A stretch of 64,000 nt of DNA, taken from the IMG/VR virus record IMGVR_UViG_3300046660_000403, positions 1-64,000 of that record, one strand, 5' to 3'. This DNA comes from a virus. The position numbers and the translations under genes are program-made. Below the pieces are notes generated by a model. That model saw only the letters and a program-made list of their open reading frames with translations. It was not told the DNA's origin and did not search any database. Below, one piece after another: positions 55,501-64,000 of the stretch; position 1 is the stretch's first letter; each line of letters begins with the position of its first letter.

Positions 55501-56938
55501 CCGCGTTCGTGGCTTTTGTCGTTGCGGTAGCGGCGCTGGTTGCCGCGCTAGTAGCGCTGGCTGCAGCGTTGGTCTCGGACGTAGCGGCATTGGTGGCCTT
55601 GGTCGTTGCCGTGGTGGCACTGGCCGCCGCAGCGGTCGCGCTAGCGGCTGCCGCAGTTGCGCTGGCAGCGGCATTCGTTTCGGACGTAGCTGCGTTTGTT
55701 GCCTTGGTCGTCGCTGTCGTTGCGCTTGCCGCAGCATTGGTCTCGGACGTGGCAGCATTCGTCGCCTTGGTCGTCGCGGTGGTTGCGCTGCCGGCGGCAG
55801 CGGTCGCGCTGGTGGTAGCATTCGTGGCGCTGGTCGCGGCGGCGGTAGCGGAGCCAGAAGCGGCGGTAGCGGAGCCTGTAGCAGTAGTAGCCGAGGACGC
55901 GGCGCTGGTAGCGAATCCAGAAGAAGAGGTTGCCGACGCGGCGGCGCCAGTTGCCGACGCGGCGGCATCAGTGGCGTATTTCTTCGCACTATAGCCCTGC
56001 CCCACCACAACTTCGGCAGCGGTCTTCGTCGCCCAGTCCTGCGCGAGAGTCTTGGAGGTTGACGCATTGGTTTCGCTCGTCGCCGCGTTGGTGGCCGAGG
56101 TTGCGGCCGCATTTTTGCTTGCCAGCGCGTTGGTCTCGCTGGTAGCGGCATTGGTAGCCGACGTCGCGGCCGCATTCTTACTTGAGAGGGCGTTAATTTC
56201 GCTGGTGCCGGCTGCATTCTTGCTGGCCAGCGCGCTCGTGGCGCTGATCGCAGCATTGGTAGCGCTGGTGGACGCGTCGCTGGCGTATTTCTTCGCCCCG
56301 TAGCCCTGGCCGGCGACAACTTCCGCTGAGGTCTTGGTTGCCCAATCCTGCGCTGCCGTTTTGGAACTCGCGGCGTTCGCTTCGCTGGTCGCTGCATTAC
56401 TTTCCGATGTCGCGGCAGCGTCCTTTGAAGCCAGCGCGATCGCTGCCGCAGAGGTGGCAGTGCTTACTTGGGCGTAGGTGGTGGCGAGCGTATCGGCTGC
56501 GAACTGGGCCGAATCAGCCGCGGCTGTCGCGCTCTGTGCCGCTTGCGCGGCCTGTTCCTGTGCTTCGATGGATGCTTGTACCGCGCGATCGACGGCGATC
56601 TGTCCATCGGTCTTGCCGGGGAAAGGTGGCAAGTTGGCGATTTCCTGCAAGGTACAGTTGCCGTTGGGGACCGTCGCCTGGACCTTGACCGATTTTCCCG
56701 TGGACGGGTTGGTGATCTTGATCTCATAGTAGCTCTCGGTCGCACCAAGGGCATTTGGCCACAGGTGCAGAATAGCTTTGCCCTGACTGTCGGCGATTTC
56801 CGACACGGTTTTCGGCAGGATATAGCCATCAGCTGAGTCGATGTCGGCGAAGGACAGCTTGGCGCTGATCTGCGCGCCGCTGATTGGCAGGCCATCGGGA
56901 TCGCTTGCCACGCACGTGAGCTGTACGGTATGTACCAA
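52535..56938 (-). CDS. tail fibre with C-terminal S74 intramolecular chaperone
   Basis: Ala/Thr/Ser repeats, VGLGNVDN repeats, YSDERLK...AQ...P.AV motif. Confidence 0.9.
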   Translation of the reverse strand: MVHTVQLTCVASDPDGLPISGAQISAKLSFADIDSADGYILPKTVSEIADSQGKAILHLWPNALGATESYYEIKITNPSTGKSVKVQATVPNGNCTLQEIANLPPFPGKTDGQIAVDRAVQASIEAQEQAAQAAQSATAAADSAQFAADTLATTYAQVSTATSAAAIALASKDAAATSESNAATSEANAASSKTAAQDWATKTSAEVVAGQGYGAKKYASDASTSATNAAISATSALASKNAAGTSEINALSSKNAAATSATNAATSETNALASKNAAATSATNAATSETNASTSKTLAQDWATKTAAEVVVGQGYSAKKYATDAAASATGAAASATSSSGFATSAASSATTATGSATAASGSATAAATSATNATTSATAAAGSATTATTKATNAATSETNAAASATTATTKATNAATSETNAAASATAAAASATAAAASATTATTKATNAATSETNAAASATSAATSAATATTKATNAATSETSATASAAAALTSRNNAVTSETNAAASATTATTKATAASTSEANALASKNAAASSATAAQSSADAAATSAQQATQQQVQADWTVTDTANKGYIKNKPALAAVATSGAKSDVGLGNVDNTPDANKPVSAPQATAIALKADKASPTFTGTATAPGFVSTSFNGYRMKPAADASGYASFWRNDGVNLYLMLTNNNDADGTYNTLRPMYVNPANGNVTLGNGALVINHAGAVTSATAAPGTNSTQLATTAYADAIASLKADKSSPTFTGTATASNFAGNLTGYKNVDNTNEMTLANGFTGGQLYMNYRGAAGAITQVLVGNGIPASGVLAKIIALNIDAAGNVTGNASTATKLATARTINGIAFDGTANIALSKGDVGLGNVDNVSDANKPVSGPQATAIGLKADLAGPTFTGTVNVPNVAAGNNTSLAANTAFVTAAVAQGKADILGSAPAALDTLNEFAAALGNDANFATTTATSLGNRLRVDVATQGLTAGQKANAATNLGLAAVATSGAKADVGLGNVDNTSDVNKPVSTPQQTAIALKAPTASPTFTGIVNMNGGALELGTQGVSGSPFIDFHSSTAGSDYDVRIGASGGSGTPGQGTLSVLAAALDLTAAGNVTVATKAQGNNTTSAASTAYVDAGLATKQASLGYTPVQQGGGTGQGTNKVYIGWKSSTIGVQIDGTNFGDFWPINVTGVSGSAPLASALANYAWNAATLPASYPLGIQSSFVQGADGYPAYGSVMTMKTYSGGGGSLQMYVPYSPTNGGANLKIRFGNFDVNGGNSWTGWGTIALLGNNQLWDGFQQFRMNKGNNTYTGSQNDYCLQALANDGGAAGMTFVRSGQYAVNIGLDPDNVFRIGGYSAAANRLQLDMSGNLTAAGNVVAYSDERLKTNWRSLQPTFIAEWAQVKHGVYDRIDGGQTQVGVSAQGAQKVLPFAVSQQADGYLAVNYGAAAVVATIQLSQEVLLLRAQVNKQAKLIDILMEKVGL
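55290..56450 (-). repeat. coding repeats (ATNAATSETNA.AS units; WATKT.AEVV.GQGY.AKKYA twice)
   Basis: Visible in the translation; boundaries approximate. Confidence 0.8.
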
Positions 56939-57001
56939 TTAAGACCTCATTGTGTTGAATAGGTGATGCCGTGGCAGGATGGCTGCCGGCGGAGTGGGCG
57001 C

Positions 57002-57661
57002 TTAGCGGGTGGCAAGCGTGGAATTGCTGCGGGCGCCTGTGCGTGGACTGTTGCCCGCTTCGACGCGCACCTGGCCGCCCAGGGCGTTGTCGAACGCCGT
57101 GAAATGCATGGCCGCCCGGGTAGGGTCAGCGGTGTATTCGCTGTCTTTGCTATAGGCTCGACCCATGATGAAGTCGAGCAGCACCGGCTCGTAGATATCG
57201 TCCAGCGTGATCGTGCCGTTCAGCGCGGCGTCGGCCGGCGCAACGCAATAGACCAGTTCGATAGAGCCCTTGCCGGTGTTCGGGGGGTAGACGTAGTAGT
57301 TCTTCAGATCCCGGTCGTTGTGGCAGTAATGCTGTACCTTGTCGTTGGCGGACGCGGTGTGCCAGGTGGGCATCTGGGAGTCGAGAATGGCGCGCTCGAC
57401 AATGGTGATGACGGCGCCCGACTCGTTGCGCACCACGTCGAGCAGCTGCACGCCGTCGGGCGGGATGGACTGCTTGGTCCCTGCTACCAGGGCGACGTTG
57501 ATGTTCTTGACCGATGCGTTCGGCTTGCGCAAGACGATGGCGCGCTGGCCGTCGTTGAACCAGTTCAGTAGCTCGCTCAACGTCCAGCGGCGATTGCTCT
57601 GGTCCTGCAACATGGTCGCGGCGCGACGTAGAATCGCATCGACGGTAATGGTCGCTGCCAT
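57002..57661 (-). CDS. head-tail adaptor-like protein
   Basis: RWTLSELLNWFNDGQRAI...RAYSKDSEY; position after the capsid genes. Confidence 0.7.
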   Translation of the reverse strand: MAATITVDAILRRAATMLQDQSNRRWTLSELLNWFNDGQRAIVLRKPNASVKNINVALVAGTKQSIPPDGVQLLDVVRNESGAVITIVERAILDSQMPTWHTASANDKVQHYCHNDRDLKNYYVYPPNTGKGSIELVYCVAPADAALNGTITLDDIYEPVLLDFIMGRAYSKDSEYTADPTRAAMHFTAFDNALGGQVRVEAGNSPRTGARSNSTLATR

Positions 57662-57703
57662 GGGACTCCTTGAATGGAAATGCGCAGGCCGCCGGGGCCT
57701 GCG

Positions 57704-58333
57704 TTACGCGAATCGACGTGGTCGTACGCGGGACTCGCCGCTACCGAACGACATATCCGCCCGGATGCGCGCCTCGGATCGGGTCGCGTTGTACTGCGCC
57801 GTGTAGACGGCCGCATCGCGTGGATTGGAAAATGGTTGGCCGGGGATCAGCATCAACCGTCCGACGACACCCAGGCCGATCTGGTAGCCGTAGTCATTGA
57901 GCAGAATGTCTGCAATGATCTTGGCGTTCAGCATCGGCTTGGTGGCCACCAGTAGATTGATCGCCTTCGATTCCGTGCTGATGGGCGCGAAGTCGAAGGT
58001 GATCAGGTTGTCCGCCGACTGGCGGTAGCTGGTCGGCGTGCCAGGGTGGGCCGTCATCGACGCGCCGCTGTAATCGCCGGTTTTCACGCAAGGCAGCTCG
58101 CGGCCCTGGTAGGTTGCTTCCAGCACCAGCGTGAGGTCGGTGCCGTTCGGTAGGTCCAGTTCGTACTCGGCCTGCCCTTGGATAGCATCCATCGCATCAA
58201 GCCGCTCCTGCACAATGGGCGCATGGCCGCAGAAGTCGCGGCAAATGCCCAGGATGTGCTGTTCAGCCAGGGGGACCGAGCAACCAGTCACATACGGCAG
58301 TACGTACGGATAAAAGGCCGCGATGCTGGCCAT
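57704..58333 (-). CDS. putative virion structural protein
   Basis: FYPYVLPYVTGC...DFC...PGQPFSNP motif; position. Confidence 0.65.
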   Translation of the reverse strand: MASIAAFYPYVLPYVTGCSVPLAEQHILGICRDFCGHAPIVQERLDAMDAIQGQAEYELDLPNGTDLTLVLEATYQGRELPCVKTGDYSGASMTAHPGTPTSYRQSADNLITFDFAPISTESKAINLLVATKPMLNAKIIADILLNDYGYQIGLGVVGRLMLIPGQPFSNPRDAAVYTAQYNATRSEARIRADMSFGSGESRVRPRRFA

Positions 58334-58336
58334 GGC

Positions 58337-58705
58337 TTATTGCGCCTTGGCCGACTTGATAGGCTTGGCGGTGTAGTTGAAGCGCTGCACCTGACGCTCC
58401 ACGGTCTTGCCGCCCACGTCCTCGTAGCGGGTCATGGTGGCGTTGTCCAGCACTTCGATCGCCTCGACCGGCAGTTCGACGGGCACGCCACGCGGAATAT
58501 TGAAGCCATGACCGTTGATGGCCAGGAAGACGGCGTGGCTGCCCAGCTCGCCCTCGGCGGCCGCGATGGTCACCTGCATGCGTTCGCCGGACATGTGGCC
58601 GTCGTCGCGCACGTGAACCTTGGTCACTTTTGGGGCCACGACTACCGGCGCCTCGTCGTCGATGCTGGTACTGGTGATGTCTTTGTTGGTGGTATCTTTA
58701 GCCAT
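58337..58705 (-). CDS. phage hypothetical protein
   Basis: AGGAG RBS; VFLAING..FNIPRG..V.LP. Confidence 0.75.
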   Translation of the reverse strand: MAKDTTNKDITSTSIDDEAPVVVAPKVTKVHVRDDGHMSGERMQVTIAAAEGELGSHAVFLAINGHGFNIPRGVPVELPVEAIEVLDNATMTRYEDVGGKTVERQVQRFNYTAKPIKSAKAQ

Positions 58706-58782
58706 GATGATGTTCTCCTGCGCATTCGGCGCAAATGACAACGCCCACCGAAGTGGGCGCTGTGCTGGTTGATTAGTTGGGG

Positions 58783-59784
58783 TTAGGCGGTGACGGCGAA
58801 CTCGCCGCGGCACATGAATTGGTCATTCAGGATGACCGCGCCTTGCATGGCCTTCCATGCCACGCGGCCGCGCTGGGCCAGCGGGTCGGAGTCCGATGGC
58901 TTCGGATTGACCACCATCGGCGTCAGCGCGTACATGCCTTTCAGCGCCACGATGGCGTAGGCGTTGGCCGCGATGAACAGGGCTGGGTACACGTCCGCAG
59001 CGGCGCCGCTGGTCGACGTCATGGTGCCTTTCACGCCGCCGGCATCCGGGAATGGGGTGAAGATGGTGGACGACAGGTAGCGTACGTCTTCGACCTTGCC
59101 GATTTCGTTTTCGTACGGCGTCATCGAACCGTAGCGTTCCACCGGCACGAAGCAGCTCTTGCCGGCGGCATCGAGCATGTTGCGCACGTCCGATTCCATG
59201 TCCGGGTGGATCAGACCGATATAGGCCTTGCCGACGGCCTCGGTACCGAAAGCCGGGGTGGACTTGACCACCTTGGTGATCTGCTCGGCGTTCTGGCGTT
59301 TCAGCGCCTTGACGATCTTGCGCTGACCAGCCAGGCTGATCGGGGTGTTGACGGCCGCGCGGGTGGCGCCGTTACCGTACACCACGTTGGTGCCGGCGCG
59401 CAGGATGCCGTAGCGCATGCGCTCGATCATCTGGGCAGCCTGCTCGCCCAGCAGATCGATCGCCTCGTTCAGGACGTTGTCCTCGTGGGTATCCAGCACC
59501 ACGTCGCTGATGGTGATCATCGAGCCGTACTGGGTCAGAGTGACCGGCACGTCAATGGACGCCATGGTCAGCGAACCCGGGGTGACGCCCTCGGTCAGCG
59601 CGGAAGGCGTGGTATCCAGCGCGGTGTACTTACGGAACACCATGGTTTTGGAGTTGTTGGCCGGCAGCTGCTTGGCCTGGCCGAACTTCTCCAGGCACAG
59701 GAACGGGATGGCGCGTTTGATCAGTTCTTTTTCTGCGTACGCGGCGGTGCGCGGCGAGATATCGCCGTAATTGGTGTTTGCCAT
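58783..59784 (-). CDS. major capsid protein (N4-gp56 family-like)
   Basis: ALTEGVTP, LTQYG, ENEIGKVEDVRY, SDPLAQRG.VAWK. Confidence 0.92.
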   Translation of the reverse strand: MANTNYGDISPRTAAYAEKELIKRAIPFLCLEKFGQAKQLPANNSKTMVFRKYTALDTTPSALTEGVTPGSLTMASIDVPVTLTQYGSMITISDVVLDTHEDNVLNEAIDLLGEQAAQMIERMRYGILRAGTNVVYGNGATRAAVNTPISLAGQRKIVKALKRQNAEQITKVVKSTPAFGTEAVGKAYIGLIHPDMESDVRNMLDAAGKSCFVPVERYGSMTPYENEIGKVEDVRYLSSTIFTPFPDAGGVKGTMTSTSGAAADVYPALFIAANAYAIVALKGMYALTPMVVNPKPSDSDPLAQRGRVAWKAMQGAVILNDQFMCRGEFAVTA

Positions 59785-59936
59785 TGAAGTTTCCTAATAA
59801 AGAAGAGAGGAACAGCCGGACCGGACGCGCGCGGCCATACCGGCCTGCTGCCGGCCGATGGCCGTGGTTTGAGATCTGTTGATAAGCCAACAGCAACGCT
59901 CGCCAGTGGGACCGCACTGGCACGGGTACTGCTGGA

Positions 59937-60815
59937 TTAGTGCTCGTTCCACGAATCCTCGAAGCTGCCGCCGGCGGCCTGCTTGGGCGGCAGGCGCAGG
60001 CCGCTGGAGCGCACGCCCTCGGCGGCGTCCATGGCGTGCTGGTCGGCGCCATCATTGGCGCCACCGTCGCCGGCATCGGCCGACTGCTTGAACTTGGTCA
60101 GCATGTCGATGATTTCCTGGGCGGAGCCGGAGGCCACCACGCGGTCGATTTCGGCCTGTTCGGCGGGCGCTTGCGCTGCCTTGTAGGACATGAATTCCGG
60201 GGAGGCGATCACCTCCTGGAAGTCGGCGTGCGCGGTTTTGATGGCCTTGAAGTGTTCTTGCTGGCCCTGGTTGTTCAGGTGCTCAATGACCGACTGCACG
60301 GTTTCCTGTACGCCGGACAGGCCTGCGCCTACGTGTTTCTTGCATACCTGCTCGATGAACTTCTCCAGCAGCACGACGAATTCCGGGCCGAAGTCTTCAG
60401 CCAGCGCTTTGGCCGGGTCGGCGGCCTCGGCTTCCTCGTTGTCGCCGCCGCCGCCATCGGCATTTCCGCCAGGCGCGGTAGAGGTCTGTTTTTCGTCCGC
60501 GTTGGTGGTCTGGGTTTCAGCCGCGCGCGCGTCCAGCTCCTTCTGCTGCTGTTTGAGCTTGTCTTCCCATTCGCGCAGGCGTTGCTCTTCGGCGGCGGCC
60601 TTGTCCGCGCCTGGTGCGGCCGCTTGCGCGTCGGCATCGGTGCCACCCGCGGCATCACCGCCTGCACCGCCAGCGTCGGGAGCATCAGCCTTGTCAGGCG
60701 CCAGGCCGAACGCCTCGTCTTCGGTCTGTTCCGGCTTTGTCACATCGTCCGCATTGAACTGCGCCGCGAAGTCGGCATTGTCTTGGTCTTGCTGTTGCTG
60801 ATTGGTTTTTGCCAT
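59937..60815 (-). CDS. scaffolding-like protein
   Basis: Acidic, low complexity; precedes the capsid gene; AGGAG RBS. Confidence 0.75.
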   Translation of the reverse strand: MAKTNQQQQDQDNADFAAQFNADDVTKPEQTEDEAFGLAPDKADAPDAGGAGGDAAGGTDADAQAAAPGADKAAAEEQRLREWEDKLKQQQKELDARAAETQTTNADEKQTSTAPGGNADGGGGDNEEAEAADPAKALAEDFGPEFVVLLEKFIEQVCKKHVGAGLSGVQETVQSVIEHLNNQGQQEHFKAIKTAHADFQEVIASPEFMSYKAAQAPAEQAEIDRVVASGSAQEIIDMLTKFKQSADAGDGGANDGADQHAMDAAEGVRSSGLRLPPKQAAGGSFEDSWNEH

Positions 60816-60850
60816 GGTGGCTCTCCTGTGGGGTGCCGAAACATCGGCGA

Positions 60851-60874
60851 AAAAAAACCCGCTGATGGCGGGTT
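60851..60874 (-). terminator. terminator-like hairpin
   Basis: AACCCGC...GCGGGTT followed by a T tract on the minus strand. Confidence 0.6.
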
Positions 60875-60888
60875 GATGGGGGAATGGA

Positions 60889-61134
60889 TCAGGCTTTCGG
60901 GGAGGCGTGATCGCCGGGATCGACAATCGAACGGCGCAAAGCCATGAGCTGCGCCAGGGCGCCCTGCTTGCGTTGCAGGTTCGCCGGATCCACGAATGCC
61001 AGGTCGGCCAGCGTGTCCTCGATCAGGGCGTCCAGCAGGCGCACCAGCTGGCGCACCGAGTCGCTACCGCGAAATAGCAGCAGCTCGCTCAACTCTTGGA
61101 TGATCGCGCCACGGCGCGCTTCGTCGGTCTTCAT
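60889..61134 (-). CDS. small head-module protein
   Basis: Between portal and scaffold; helical with a QG motif. Confidence 0.7.
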   Translation of the reverse strand: MKTDEARRGAIIQELSELLLFRGSDSVRQLVRLLDALIEDTLADLAFVDPANLQRKQGALAQLMALRRSIVDPGDHASPKA

Positions 61135-61137
61135 CGG

Positions 61138-63402
61138 TCAGCCCTCAATCCGGGCGGTCTCGATGCCGGCGTGCTCGCCCAGCTGCTCGCCCACTTGCGC
61201 CCCGACAGTGCCGCCCTGGGGATCCCGGCCCGCCTGATCCTCACCCTGTGGCGGCGCCATGGCCATGTCTTGGCCGCTTGGCGTGCCTTGGTCCGGGGTC
61301 TGGTCCACAAAGCCAGCCGATTTGAGGATGGCATCGCCGGCCGGCGCGACTTGCGGCCGCTCGGTGGCAACGCCGCCCGCCTGCATACCGGCGTACGCCG
61401 CGTCCACATTGGTTTTGGTGCTGATGGCGCGCAGTCGGGACGTATCGGCTTGGATGCGGGCAATTTCCGCTTGCTCCTTGGCCACTTCCAGCTGCTCGCG
61501 CTGCAGGGCAAGTTGCTGCATCTGTTGCTGCAACGCCGCCTGCTGCTTGGCCGCGCCGTCGTCCTGCTCGTCCAACACTTCCTCCTCGGACTTGACCACG
61601 CTGACCAGATCGTGCGCCTCGGCGCGTTGGCGCAGCAGCTCCGCGCGCTTGATGTACGGCGCGTCCATCGGGTTGGCGGTGGTGTTGGCGAAGCCGTCCA
61701 ATTGCTGGGCGCGGATCTCCTTGGCCATCAGGGAGGCGGTGCCGCGTGCCTTGATGTCGAAGTCGCCCTTGCACGAGTCGTCGGGGTTGAACTGCATATT
61801 CCAGCGGTACAGCGCTTCGATGAAGGTGCGGGTGACGCCCTCGTCGTAGTTGGTGATCAGATCCTTCATCACGATGGAGGCGTTGGCCATCAGCATCGAC
61901 ATGCCCGACGCGGTGCCCGCAGCGCCGCTGGTGGCGTTCTCGCCCTGCATGTAGCGCGGGATGGCGGTCACGTCGTCGGCGTTCTCCTTGAACATGTTGA
62001 CGATCGGGAACAGCTCTTCCAGGCCCGTGTTGATGCTGATGACACGGATCGCCGGCGCGCCGGGCTCGTTGCCATTGCGGCGCCAGATCTTGAAGGGATA
62101 CATTTCGTCGGCCTTCTCGCTCGGCGACAGCAGGTCCATGTTCGCTTCGATTTGCGGCCCGGCGGTGATGGCCGCGTGGTCGAGCACCATGCGCGTGCCC
62201 GCGTTGATCATGGTCTGGTCGTCGCGCATGATGGACGGGAAGCCATCGCCGAAGATGGACGTTTCATCCTTGTCGGCGTAGTACAGGTGGTATGGCCACG
62301 TCACGCCCTGGACGGGCTGCAGGACGATCTTGATTACTTCCCCCGTGGGCAGCAGCCATACGTTGCTGAAGAAGGTCTCATGCATCCGGTCTTCCGGCAC
62401 GTTCACGCCGGCCGACGCCAGCAGCTCGCCGTCCACATAGCCCCAGCGCTCCAGCACCTCGTATTGGCCGTCGTCCTTGATGTTGGTCGCGGTGCGGCCG
62501 CCAATGTCGCGGATGTCGTTGTCAAACGAACGGTTCTTGCGCAGGCCCTTCGGGTTGGCCAGGATGTGGGCGCGGATGGCATCGCCCTTGAACGATCGGT
62601 TGGATGCCAGGTTGCCCAGCTGCGCGCGCGACAGCAGGTGTACTTCAAAGATGTAGCGGCAGTGCTCTAGCTCCGTGGCGGACATGTCCGGGTAGAAGCG
62701 CCACAGTGGCACCCAGTCCACGAACGGCACGACATACGACTGGGTCTTGATCACCCATTTTCCGTGCTCGCGCACGTACTTCTGGCGGGTCTTACGCTCC
62801 ACCAGGGGCGCTTTCAGCACGCCGGTGCCGTACAGGTGGCCGGAATGCAGGACGTGGCGCGCGATGGTCTTGTAGCGGGATTCGGCCAGCTGGTCGTCCA
62901 TCACCTGCGTCATGCGCTTGGCGGCGTCATCGACCAGTTTCTTGCAGGCGGCCTCGATCTCCTTCTGGTTGGGCGAACGTTGCAGCGCCTCGGAGAGCTG
63001 CTTGCTGATTTCGCCCTTGGTTTCCCGGTCCAGCGACGGCGCCGGCGATGGCTCTGCGGTCCAGTTGCGGTCGGAATTGGTCGGGAACAGCAGATCGGCC
63101 ACGCGCGCATCAACCGTCTTTACCTTGACACGCGTGGCGCGGACGAAGGCCTTGGAGCGGTTTTTGCCGATGGCGGCCAACACTTCGGGCTCATATTCGC
63201 CGCGATACTGGCGCAAGTCCTTGAGCCAGCGTTGCTCTGTATCACGGCGCGCTACTTCGGCCTGGCTGAACTCTGACAGCAGAACCGTGCCCAGGGCATC
63301 AACCGCGACGTAGGCGCTGTTGTCCTCGCGCGCCATGCCTTCGGCGGCCGCTGCCTCGTATTCGGCCTGCGCTTGATCCTGTGCAGTCATTGCGTTGTCC
63401 AT
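61138..63402 (-). CDS. portal protein
   Basis: LYGTGVLK, FYPD, EVLERWG, GTASGMSML; follows the terminase. Confidence 0.9.
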   Translation of the reverse strand: MDNAMTAQDQAQAEYEAAAAEGMAREDNSAYVAVDALGTVLLSEFSQAEVARRDTEQRWLKDLRQYRGEYEPEVLAAIGKNRSKAFVRATRVKVKTVDARVADLLFPTNSDRNWTAEPSPAPSLDRETKGEISKQLSEALQRSPNQKEIEAACKKLVDDAAKRMTQVMDDQLAESRYKTIARHVLHSGHLYGTGVLKAPLVERKTRQKYVREHGKWVIKTQSYVVPFVDWVPLWRFYPDMSATELEHCRYIFEVHLLSRAQLGNLASNRSFKGDAIRAHILANPKGLRKNRSFDNDIRDIGGRTATNIKDDGQYEVLERWGYVDGELLASAGVNVPEDRMHETFFSNVWLLPTGEVIKIVLQPVQGVTWPYHLYYADKDETSIFGDGFPSIMRDDQTMINAGTRMVLDHAAITAGPQIEANMDLLSPSEKADEMYPFKIWRRNGNEPGAPAIRVISINTGLEELFPIVNMFKENADDVTAIPRYMQGENATSGAAGTASGMSMLMANASIVMKDLITNYDEGVTRTFIEALYRWNMQFNPDDSCKGDFDIKARGTASLMAKEIRAQQLDGFANTTANPMDAPYIKRAELLRQRAEAHDLVSVVKSEEEVLDEQDDGAAKQQAALQQQMQQLALQREQLEVAKEQAEIARIQADTSRLRAISTKTNVDAAYAGMQAGGVATERPQVAPAGDAILKSAGFVDQTPDQGTPSGQDMAMAPPQGEDQAGRDPQGGTVGAQVGEQLGEHAGIETARIEG

Positions 63403-63403
63403 A

Positions 63404-63426
63404 AAAAAAGCCCGCTCGGGGCGGGC
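63404..63426 (-). terminator. terminator-like hairpin
   Basis: GCCCGC-CCCGA-GCGGGC followed by T7 on the minus strand. Confidence 0.6.
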
Positions 63427-63447
63427 CTGGTGATGTGGTGGGGAGGG

Positions 63448-64000
63448 TCAATACCCGGCGCTGCTAGCGGCCTGGTGTCCTCCTGATGCGCTGCCCCGCT
63501 CCTGCTCTTCACGCAGGGCGCGCGGGATGATGTTCTCGGCGAACGTCATGGCGATCGCGTCTGCGCCGTCGGGCGAGCGCACGCCGCGTTTCTTCATGTC
63601 GTCCTTCGCCTCGATCAGACGGGCGCCGTTCGATGAGGTCTTGTAGCTGGGCGCCGATGTGTCGGCGATCAGCGCCGCATCATTGGGCAGCCGGTTGGGG
63701 GTGTCTTCCAGCCATTCCTTGTAGCGGTACCAGATCTCGGCGCGCTTGTTGGCGTAGCGCTCGGCATCCTCAGCGCGGGAGGCCGAATTGACGCCGATAA
63801 CCGGCACGTTCAGCTCCTTGAGCCGGTCCACGATGCCGCTGCCGATGCCGATCTTGTCCACGAATATGGCGTCCGGCCGCATCTCGCGCCACATGATGGC
63901 CAGCAAGCCGGCCACCTCCATCGGCCCCTTTTTTTCAAGGTAGTCGATGCGGAAGACGGTCCGCCCGTGACGGAAGGCGATCGCGGTTCGGTCCGGCCCG
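63448..64000 (-). CDS. terminase large subunit, C-terminal nuclease domain (truncated by window edge)
   Basis: VDKIGIGSGIVDRL, NKRAEIW, SPDGADA. Confidence 0.92.
   Translation of the reverse strand, partial: GPDRTAIAFRHGRTVFRIDYLEKKGPMEVAGLLAIMWREMRPDAIFVDKIGIGSGIVDRLKELNVPVIGVNSASRAEDAERYANKRAEIWYRYKEWLEDTPNRLPNDAALIADTSAPSYKTSSNGARLIEAKDDMKKRGVRSPDGADAIAMTFAENIIPRALREEQERGSASGGHQAASSAGY

Noticed and set aside
55290-56450. Tandem repeats as a CRISPR array or DGR
   Set aside because: In-frame coding repeats without unique spacers; no cas or reverse transcriptase gene seen

Overview
This window is about 64 kb of a GC-rich temperate phage-plasmid, probably from a betaproteobacterium; the Oxalobacteraceae-like host assignment is an inference from gene content. 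From left to right it carries: a lambdoid early/replication operon (initiator with iterons, adenine and cytosine methylases, CII-like protein); a repressor; a quorum-sensing-type regulatory cassette; a plasmid module (parA-parB-rep, antisense RNA, tyrosine recombinase, lox-like site); an accessory region (PRTase+SLOG pair, H-NS, DUF2786); and a podovirus-type virion operon on the minus strand (terminase, portal, N4-gp56-like capsid, tail fibre, lysis cassette, ejection proteins, and a 5272-aa DarB-like polyvalent protein). Two candidate new systems stand out. (1) Next to a repressor that lacks a self-cleavage domain sit three genes: a small protein that copies the repressor's C-terminal helical hairpin and ends in an SspB-like ClpX-binding motif; an RsaM-LuxR fusion; and an LqsR/JqsR-like regulator whose phospho-Asp is replaced by Glu. 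Together they suggest a quorum-sensing-controlled lysis-lysogeny switch. (2) Three small genes are overprinted in the same alternative frame inside the giant virion-protein gene, each with its own promoter-like element. All family assignments come from motif recognition by eye and recalled reference sequences; no database searches were run.
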